Virus record (IMG/VR): IMGVR_UViG_3300020578_000107
Location: 1-53,738 of that record
Strand: one strand, 5' to 3'
Length of the DNA stretch: 53,738 nt
Origin: a virus
Taxonomy: Duplodnaviria; Caudoviricetes
This document shows, piece by piece, positions 47,494 through 53,738 of this stretch. Numbering within the stretch: position 1 is the first letter of the stretch; every line of letters starts with the position of its first letter. Position numbers and translations under genes: made by a program. The notes below the pieces were generated by a model. The model was not told the origin of the DNA and did not search any database. It worked only from the letters and a program-made list of their open reading frames with translations.

Positions 47494-48528
47494 ATGAAAG
47501 TCGCTATCATTACAGACACTCACTATGGTGCAAGAAAAGGTTCAAAACTTTTTCATGATTATTTTGAACTTTTTTACAAGAATGTGTTTTTCCCGACGCT
47601 GGAACAGTACGAGATTGATACAATCATTCATATGGGTGATGCTTTTGATAGTCGTAAGTCAATCGATTATCAAAGTTTAGAGTGGGCTAAAAGAGTTGTA
47701 TTTGAACCTCTTAAAAAATATGAGGTCCATATGATTGTGGGTAATCATGACAGTTACTACAAGAATACTAATAATACAAATTCTCCTCAACTTTTGCTGA
47801 AGGATTATTCTAATATTTGTACATATTCTTCTCCAACAGAAATTAAAGTTGGAAATCTTGATGTTCTTTTGCTTCCATGGATTTGTATGGAGAATGAAGA
47901 ACAGTCTCTCCAGATGATTAAAAAAACCAAAGCAAAGGTTGCAATGGGACATCTTGAGTTTCAAGGTTTTCGCATAAATCGTCAAATTATCATGGAACAT
48001 GGACTGGAAGCAAATCTTTTTACAAACTTCAAAAAGGTATTTTCTGGTCATTACCATACTCGTTCTGATAATGGAACCGTTTTCTATCTCGGAAATCCTT
48101 ATGAGATTTACTGGACGGATGTAAACGATACTCGCGGATTTACTATTTTTGATACTGAAACGCTAGAACATACTCCAATCAATAATCCCTATAAAATGTT
48201 TTATAACATTTACTATGAGGATACTAACTATCAAACGTTTGATACCCGTGAGTATGAGAACAAGATTGTAAAAATTGTTGTTCGTAAAAAATCAGATATT
48301 AAAAAATTTGAAAAGTTTATTGACAAACTTTATGCCTCAAATATTGCTGAGTTAAAAATTATTGAAAACTTTGGTATTCAAGAACCTCAGGATTTTGAAG
48401 CATTTGAATCAGAAGATACTCTTTCCATCTTGAATAGATATATTCAAGAGGCAGAAATAAATCTTGATAAATCAGTAGTTCAAAAATTAATACAAGAAAT
48501 ATATCAAGAGGCATGTGAGATTGTTTAA
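47494..48528 (+). CDS. gp47: recombination nuclease, T4 gp47 (Mre11/SbcD-like)
   Basis: DTHYG, GDAFD, GNHD, GHLE, SGHYH phosphoesterase motifs. Confidence 0.97.
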   Translation: MKVAIITDTHYGARKGSKLFHDYFELFYKNVFFPTLEQYEIDTIIHMGDAFDSRKSIDYQSLEWAKRVVFEPLKKYEVHMIVGNHDSYYKNTNNTNSPQLLLKDYSNICTYSSPTEIKVGNLDVLLLPWICMENEEQSLQMIKKTKAKVAMGHLEFQGFRINRQIIMEHGLEANLFTNFKKVFSGHYHTRSDNGTVFYLGNPYEIYWTDVNDTRGFTIFDTETLEHTPINNPYKMFYNIYYEDTNYQTFDTREYENKIVKIVVRKKSDIKKFEKFIDKLYASNIAELKIIENFGIQEPQDFEAFESEDTLSILNRYIQEAEINLDKSVVQKLIQEIYQEACEIV

Positions 48529-48800
48529 TGTTTATCTTAACAATTAATGGCAGAGAAACTGAGGGTGCATATTCTGTATTGAATGAAGAAGGAGAACATA
48601 TTCTTTATTTGTTTGAAGAGGAAGATGATGCAGTTAGATATGCTATGATGTTAGAAGAAGATGACTATCCAGAAATGCATATTATTGAAATTGAAGATGA
48701 AGTGATGATAAAAACTTGCGAACTTCATGGATATCAATATACAATTATTACACCAGATGACATTGTAATTCCTCCAAACACTGATCATGATTTTATTTAA
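48528..48800 (+). CDS. DUF3110-like protein (cyanobacterial family)
   Basis: EG.YS...LFEEEDDAVRYAMMLE..DYP...C...Y...IPP matches the DUF3110 pattern as I recall it. Confidence 0.65.
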   Translation: MFILTINGRETEGAYSVLNEEGEHILYLFEEEDDAVRYAMMLEEDDYPEMHIIEIEDEVMIKTCELHGYQYTIITPDDIVIPPNTDHDFI

Positions 48801-50499
48801 AATAATTCGTTGGAAAAACTTTCTAAGCACTGGTAATCAATATACCGAAGTTGACTTTACAAAGAATAAGACTAATTTAATTGTTGGTACAAACGGTGCA
48901 GGTAAGAGTACTGTTTTGGATGCCCTTACTTTTTCTTTGTTTGGAAAACCATTTCGCAAAATTAATAAACCTCAACTCATCAATTCTGTAAATGAAAAAG
49001 ATTGTAGAGTTGAGGTGGAGTTTAGTATTGGTAATGTTGAATGGAAAGTTGTAAGAGGAATTAAACCTACTTTGTTTGAGGTGTGGAGAAATGGTTCTGT
49101 TCTAGACCAATCTGCTGCTGCATTAGACCAGCAGAAATGGTTGGAGCAGAATGTTATAAAGATGAATTTCAAAAGTTTTACTCAAATCGTTATTTTGGGT
49201 TCAAGTACTTTTGTTCCTTTTATGCAACTTTCTGCTGCTCATCGTCGGGAAGTGATTGAAGACCTTCTTGATATTAAAATTTTCTCTTCCATGAATATGG
49301 TCATTAAAGAGAAAATCCGTCAAGCAAAGGAAGAGATTAAAGTTCTTGAGTTGAAAAAAGAATCTTTACTTGACAAGGTAAAGATGCAGGAGAGTTTTAT
49401 TGAAGAACTTGAGAACCGAGGAAAGGAAAATATTAAAGAAAAAGAAGAGAAAATTGGTCAGCTTCTTTCGGAAGAAAATAACTGGATAAATGTTAATCAG
49501 TGTAAAAATGAAGAAGTTGAAAGTTTACAGAATCATCTAGAAAAATATATTGGAGCATCGGACAAACTTCGTAAGTTGGGAAATCTTAAAGGAAAGATTT
49601 CTCAGAAAGTATCTACTATTACTAAAGAGCATAAATTCTTTACAGAGAATACGGTTTGTCCTACCTGCACACAGTCTATTGAAGAGATCTTCAGAATAAA
49701 TAGAATTAACGACGCTCAAAATAAAGCAAAAGAGTTGCAATCTGGTTACGAAGAACTAGAACAAGCAATTAAAGAGGAAGAAGAGCGAGAGCGTCAATTC
49801 ACCTCTCTATCGAAGGAGATCTCACAACTAACGAATGACATTTCTCAAAACAATACTAAGATCGCTGGATGTCAGAGACAAATCAGAGATCTTGAACATG
49901 AAATTCAAGTTCTTACCAAGAACCTTGCAAACCGAAATTCTGAACATGAGAAGTTAGAATCCTTCAAAAACAACTTAAAAACTACATACGACGACCTCGC
50001 TTCTAAAAAAGACGCAATTAACTATTACGACTTTTCGTATAGTTTACTTAAAGACGGTGGAGTAAAGTCCAAAATCATTAAGAAGTATCTACCGCTGATT
50101 AATCAGCAAGTTAACCGTTATCTTCAGATGATGGATTTCTATATTAACTTCACACTTGATGAGGAGTTTAACGAAACCGTCCAGTCACCTATTCATGAAG
50201 ATTTCTCATATGCTTCTTTTAGTGAAGGTGAGAAAATGAGAATTGACCTTGCACTTCTGTTTACTTGGAGAGAAGTTGCAAGATTCAAAAACTCAGTCAA
50301 TACAAATCTTTTGATTATGGATGAAGTGTTTGATAGTTCCCTGGATGGATTCGGAACAGAAGAGTTTCTTAAAATTATTCGTTATGTGATCAAAGATGCT
50401 AATATTTTTGTAATTTCTCATAAGACTGGTATGGAAGACAAATTTGAATCTGTCCTACGATTCGAGAAAGTCAAAGGTTTTTCGCGTATGGTGGTCTAA
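48787..50499 (+). CDS. gp46: recombination ATPase, T4 gp46 (Rad50/SbcC-like)
   Basis: GTNGAGKST, zinc hook CPTC, FSEGEKMRIDLA, DEVFD, ISHK. Confidence 0.98.
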   Translation: MILFKIIRWKNFLSTGNQYTEVDFTKNKTNLIVGTNGAGKSTVLDALTFSLFGKPFRKINKPQLINSVNEKDCRVEVEFSIGNVEWKVVRGIKPTLFEVWRNGSVLDQSAAALDQQKWLEQNVIKMNFKSFTQIVILGSSTFVPFMQLSAAHRREVIEDLLDIKIFSSMNMVIKEKIRQAKEEIKVLELKKESLLDKVKMQESFIEELENRGKENIKEKEEKIGQLLSEENNWINVNQCKNEEVESLQNHLEKYIGASDKLRKLGNLKGKISQKVSTITKEHKFFTENTVCPTCTQSIEEIFRINRINDAQNKAKELQSGYEELEQAIKEEEERERQFTSLSKEISQLTNDISQNNTKIAGCQRQIRDLEHEIQVLTKNLANRNSEHEKLESFKNNLKTTYDDLASKKDAINYYDFSYSLLKDGGVKSKIIKKYLPLINQQVNRYLQMMDFYINFTLDEEFNETVQSPIHEDFSYASFSEGEKMRIDLALLFTWREVARFKNSVNTNLLIMDEVFDSSLDGFGTEEFLKIIRYVIKDANIFVISHKTGMEDKFESVLRFEKVKGFSRMVV

Positions 50500-50513
50500 A
50501 CTACCCAAGAACA

Positions 50514-50720
50514 ATGCAAGTCCCAAATTGGAAGCACCATTCCAAGAAAGAACAAAAACGAAAACTGAAACCACAAGCACTGAGGCAAGCCAAAGCACGA
50601 CTTGCCCAGTTCAAAAAGCGTCACATGGGTCGTCCAAAAGGCGACCTTTCTTTGTATGATGGTCTCATACGAAAAAAGATTCATGTCTGTCCGTCACGAA
50701 ATCAAGTCCCAACTTGCTAA
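50514..50720 (+). CDS. small basic hypothetical protein (PNWKHHSKKEQKR...)
   Basis: ATG just after gp46; Lys/Arg-rich; its 3' part overlaps a promoter and the next gene. Confidence 0.6.
   Translation: MQVPNWKHHSKKEQKRKLKPQALRQAKARLAQFKKRHMGRPKGDLSLYDGLIRKKIHVCPSRNQVPTC
50606..50660 (+). promoter_or_regulatory. putative early promoter: CCAGTT motif, hairpin, TATGAT -10
   Basis: Same layout and 49-nt CCAGTT-to-(-10) offset as 53361-53415; 23 nt upstream of ATG50683. Confidence 0.55.
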
Positions 50721-52863
50721 ACTGCTTGCCACTGAGGACTTAGTGGTGGAGCACAAGAAAGTAACAACTGCTTGCTTTAACGTACATACTCGTGTCTTGA
50801 CTCTGCCTCTGTGGGAAAAGGCAAGTGGACTGGTATACGATTTACTTGTTGGTCATGAGGTTGGTCATGCTCTGTTCACTCCCGATGAGGATTGGACTGA
50901 AACGGTAAAAGTTCCCCCTCAGTTTGTGAATGTGGTTGAGGATGCTCGCATTGAGAAACTGATGAAGCGTAAGTATGCTGGTCTTGCAAAGACTTTTTAT
51001 AATGGATATAAAGAACTAAACGAAGACGACTTCTTTCAAGTCGCTGATGAAGATATTTCTACTTTTAATCTTGCCGATCGTATTAACCTTTATTTCAAGA
51101 TTGGAAATTTTATTTCTCTCGATTTTAATCCAGAGGAAAAAGAAATTGTAAATTTGGTTAATGCATGTGAAAGCTTTGCAGATTCTCTGATTGCTGCCGA
51201 AGAACTTTACAAGTATTGTAAGAAAGAAAAGGAGCAGCAGCAGAAGGTTTCTGATTTTGATTCTCACGAGACTCAGGGAAATTCGGGATCTCCTGCAAGT
51301 GATTTTGTGGAGACTAATGACTCCTCTTCTGAACAAGAAGGGGAGAGTGATAACTCTTCTGAAAAAGAGTCTTCTGAATCCTATGGTGGAATCGCTCAGG
51401 GAGATAAAACTTCTTTCAATTCTTCTGAAACTGAACCAGATATCCGAACTGCGGATTCACTTGAAGAAAAAATTCGCAATCTTGTCGGAGAGCAGTCTGA
51501 TGAAAACGTTTACGTTGAGATTCCTCAGGTAAATCTTGATACCATTATTGGTACTAATTCGAAAGTTCATGTGGACATTGATAATTCGTTTTCGCATCAA
51601 CAGAAAATTCATAATGAACATGCAAAAGAAAGGGGATATTCTCAAATAAATCTTTATAAAGAGTCTGATATTTCTTTTAAAAAATTTAAGTCTTCTACCC
51701 AAAAGGAAGTTAATTATCTTGTAAAAGAATTTGAGTGCCGTAAGTCGGCGGATCAATATGCTCGTGCATCAACTGCCCGTACAGGAGTTCTTGATACTAC
51801 TCGTCTTCATACTTACAAATATAATGAGGATCTATTCAAGAAAGTTTCTGTAATTCCTGATGGTAAGAATCATGGTCTAGTCTTTGTTTTGGATTGGAGC
51901 GGTTCTATGGCAGACGTGATGCTTGATACTTGCAAGCAACTGTTTAATCTTGTTTGGTTCTGCAAGAAAGTTTCTATTCCTTTTGAGGTTTATGCTTTTA
52001 CCAATGAGTGGCGACGTGGTGAGTATGATTATGAAAATGATCGTTATCTGGCATCTGATCGTACTCCCCATTATCAGAAAAAGGATGGTTTGATCTGTGT
52101 AGATGAAACCTTTTCTATGATGAACATTCTTACCAGCAAAGTTTCTGGTAGTGTTCTCGAAAACCAAATGTTGAATATTTGGCGTCTTGCTTATTGCTTT
52201 GAGAATCCATATCGTTGTTCTTATACTCATCCAAATCGTCTTTGTCTTTCTGGAACTCCTCTTAATGAAGCTTTGATTACTCTTCATCAAATCCTTCCAA
52301 AATTTCAAAAAGAAAATAAGTTGCAGAAAGTTCAATGTATTGTTTTAACTGATGGAGAAGCAACTCAACTTATTATGCATAAAGAGTCTAAACGACATCC
52401 TCAGGGAGGAACTTACATTGGAACTGGATACATTTATCCAGGAACTACTTTTCTTCGTGATCGTAAGGTTGGAACAACTTATAAGTTTGGGTATGGATAT
52501 CATCAGTTTACTGATGTTCTTCTCAGGAATTTGAAAGATAAATTCTCGTCAATTAATTTCATTGGTATTCGTGTTCTTGAAAGTCGAAATTTTAGTCGAT
52601 TTGTCAACATGTATCATGATAATGATACTAAGGAGTATCAAAAAATTCAGAATGATTGGAAAAAACTAAAGAGTTTTACCATCACCAAGTCTGGATATGA
52701 TGCATACTTTGGTATGTCTGCAACTGCACTTTCACAAGATACTGAGTTTGAAGTTGCTGAGGATGCCACTAAGTCACAAATCAAATCTGCTTTTGTCAAG
52801 TCTTTGAAGACTAAGAAACTAAATAAAAAACTTCTTGGTGAGTTCATTTCTCTTGTTGCCTAA
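50683..52863 (+). CDS. HExxH metallopeptidase-like plus vWA (CobT-like) domain protein
   Basis: HEVGH..NVVEDARIE, acidic linker, MIDAS DWSGSM..GTP..LTDGE; start taken at MSVRHEIK. Confidence 0.85.
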   Translation: MSVRHEIKSQLAKLLATEDLVVEHKKVTTACFNVHTRVLTLPLWEKASGLVYDLLVGHEVGHALFTPDEDWTETVKVPPQFVNVVEDARIEKLMKRKYAGLAKTFYNGYKELNEDDFFQVADEDISTFNLADRINLYFKIGNFISLDFNPEEKEIVNLVNACESFADSLIAAEELYKYCKKEKEQQQKVSDFDSHETQGNSGSPASDFVETNDSSSEQEGESDNSSEKESSESYGGIAQGDKTSFNSSETEPDIRTADSLEEKIRNLVGEQSDENVYVEIPQVNLDTIIGTNSKVHVDIDNSFSHQQKIHNEHAKERGYSQINLYKESDISFKKFKSSTQKEVNYLVKEFECRKSADQYARASTARTGVLDTTRLHTYKYNEDLFKKVSVIPDGKNHGLVFVLDWSGSMADVMLDTCKQLFNLVWFCKKVSIPFEVYAFTNEWRRGEYDYENDRYLASDRTPHYQKKDGLICVDETFSMMNILTSKVSGSVLENQMLNIWRLAYCFENPYRCSYTHPNRLCLSGTPLNEALITLHQILPKFQKENKLQKVQCIVLTDGEATQLIMHKESKRHPQGGTYIGTGYIYPGTTFLRDRKVGTTYKFGYGYHQFTDVLLRNLKDKFSSINFIGIRVLESRNFSRFVNMYHDNDTKEYQKIQNDWKKLKSFTITKSGYDAYFGMSATALSQDTEFEVAEDATKSQIKSAFVKSLKTKKLNKKLLGEFISLVA

Positions 52864-52866
52864 ATA
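52861..52866 (+). promoter_or_regulatory. late promoter core TAAATA
   Basis: Overlaps the upstream stop, 21 nt before ATG52887. Confidence 0.55.
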
Positions 52867-52886
52867 TCTAAAAAGTATCTACTGAT

Positions 52887-53186
52887 ATGAAAACCTTTCA
52901 AGAGTTTATGATGATCGCCGAAGGAATGACGATGAGGGACTTCAAACAACAAAGAAGTCGCCAGAAGCAAAAAGAAAAGAGAGCAGCAGATAAGATTGCT
53001 CCTAATCGCAGAAAGGATATTCATACTGATAGATATTCTCCTGAGAGAGCAGCAAGACATCGTTTTAATGTAGATCCTGATTTTGATGAGGGCCCAGCAG
53101 CAGACGAAAGAAACTATCCTGGTGGTAAGTTGAAGAATCCTAAGAAGATTCGCAAGGCAAAAGCACTTGGAGAACTTGGTGGATAG
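52887..53186 (+). CDS. putative internal head protein with capsid-targeting sequence
   Basis: N-terminus MKTFQEFMMIAE resembles the T4 IPII/IPIII targeting sequence MKTYQEFIAE; remainder is basic; late promoter upstream. Confidence 0.7.
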   Translation: MKTFQEFMMIAEGMTMRDFKQQRSRQKQKEKRAADKIAPNRRKDIHTDRYSPERAARHRFNVDPDFDEGPAADERNYPGGKLKNPKKIRKAKALGELGG

Positions 53187-53190
53187 TGGC

Positions 53191-53376
53191 ATGAAACAAA
53201 AATTTCCACTCGAACACTTAATCAAATACGATACCAAAGAAGTGTGGGTGATTTGTAACAGCGCAATTACTGCTATGGGTATTCCTGCGATAGTAGAGAA
53301 GTTTTATCCTGGTTATAAAGGAAAAATTGCCAACAGAGAATCCTTTGAAAAATTGAAGAACCAGTTGGCAAACTGA
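53191..53376 (+). CDS. hypothetical protein (61 aa)
   Basis: ATG53191 shortly after the upstream stop. Confidence 0.7.
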   Translation: MKQKFPLEHLIKYDTKEVWVICNSAITAMGIPAIVEKFYPGYKGKIANRESFEKLKNQLAN

Positions 53377-53415
53377 CCACTGGGGGTCCTAGTGACCCCT
53401 TTTTCGTTTTATAAT
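53361..53415 (+). promoter_or_regulatory. putative early promoter: CAGTT-n4-AACTG inverted repeat, terminator-like hairpin, TATAAT
   Basis: Inverted repeat 53362-53375, GGGGTC-ctagt-GACCCC-T5 at 53383-53404, TATAAT 53410-53415, ATG53438. Confidence 0.6.
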
Positions 53416-53437
53416 GACTTTAGTTAAAAACTCCATT

Positions 53438-53738
53438 ATGTCTCGCACCAAAATGAACGACGATCAGATTCTCACCGATCTTCGAAATACTTTCGGTAAA
53501 GAATTTACTGCCGCAGATGTTCGTGGATATTGTGCGTCAAAAAATGTTTCTTATCCTACTGTAACCAAGCGTCTTGATCCCTTCAAAGTCGGTCGTGGTA
53601 AGTGGAATCTAGAAGTGACTCCAACCGTCATTGGTAAAATGGAGAAGGCATATCAAGCACCTGCCGCTCTGCCTGCTATCGAACAAAATCTCATTCCCGA
53701 TAAAGATGATACCTTCGTCAAGTTTGGTAACTTTAATG
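53438..53738 (+). CDS. cobS: CobS-like / MoxR-type AAA+ ATPase, N-terminal part (cut by window end)
   Basis: Read by hand: MSRTKMND..YPTVTKRL..KVGRGKWNL..NLIPDKDDTFVKFGNF, as in cyanomyovirus CobS N-termini; near a vWA partner; Walker A lies outside the window. Confidence 0.75.
   Translation, partial: MSRTKMNDDQILTDLRNTFGKEFTAADVRGYCASKNVSYPTVTKRLDPFKVGRGKWNLEVTPTVIGKMEKAYQAPAALPAIEQNLIPDKDDTFVKFGNFN

Noticed and set aside
33348-50499. Inteins, introns or homing endonucleases in gp17, gp20, gp23, uvsW, gp47, gp46
   Set aside because: All are normal length with contiguous motifs; no splice-junction, LAGLIDADG, GIY-YIG or HNH motifs seen
1-53738. CRISPR arrays, tRNA genes, diversity-generating retroelement, stop-codon recoding
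   Set aside because: No regularly spaced repeats, cloverleaf/T-loop signature, reverse transcriptase or TR/VR pair seen by eye; core genes are intact in the standard code and end in all three stops

Overview
A 53.7-kb, AT-rich segment of a T4-like myovirus, almost entirely coded on the + strand. Gene content and order (no gp9-12 or gp24 here, giant gp7, DUF4815/VrlC-type structural protein, CobS-like ATPase, DUF3110-like gene) point to a cyanomyovirus (Kyanoviridae-like); the host is inferred, not shown. Order: small-gene region and structured non-coding stretch (1-860); glycosyltransferase-like and small genes; baseplate gp25-gp6-gp7 (3992 aa)-gp8; a DUF4815/VrlC-like gene apparently split in two; neck/tail gp13-15; terminase gp16/gp17 flanking putative internal head proteins; gp18-gp23; gp3, uvsY, uvsW, gp55, gp47, gp46; an HExxH/vWA protein; the start of cobS. 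Best leads: (1) a peptidase-S74 autocleaving chaperone split across two genes inside the split DUF4815 locus; (2) a sigma70-driven structured non-coding element at 478-670 (ncRNA or origin candidate); (3) a bidirectional promoter before gp55 whose perfect-consensus antisense arm feeds an SD plus a 6-codon mini-ORF; (4) proteins with T4-like capsid-targeting N-termini and a putative gp21-cleaved polyprotein; (5) a fixed-spacing CCAGTT motif/hairpin/-10 promoter architecture. Two homopolymer frameshifts may be sequencing errors. All family calls come from motif recognition and synteny; no database searches were run.
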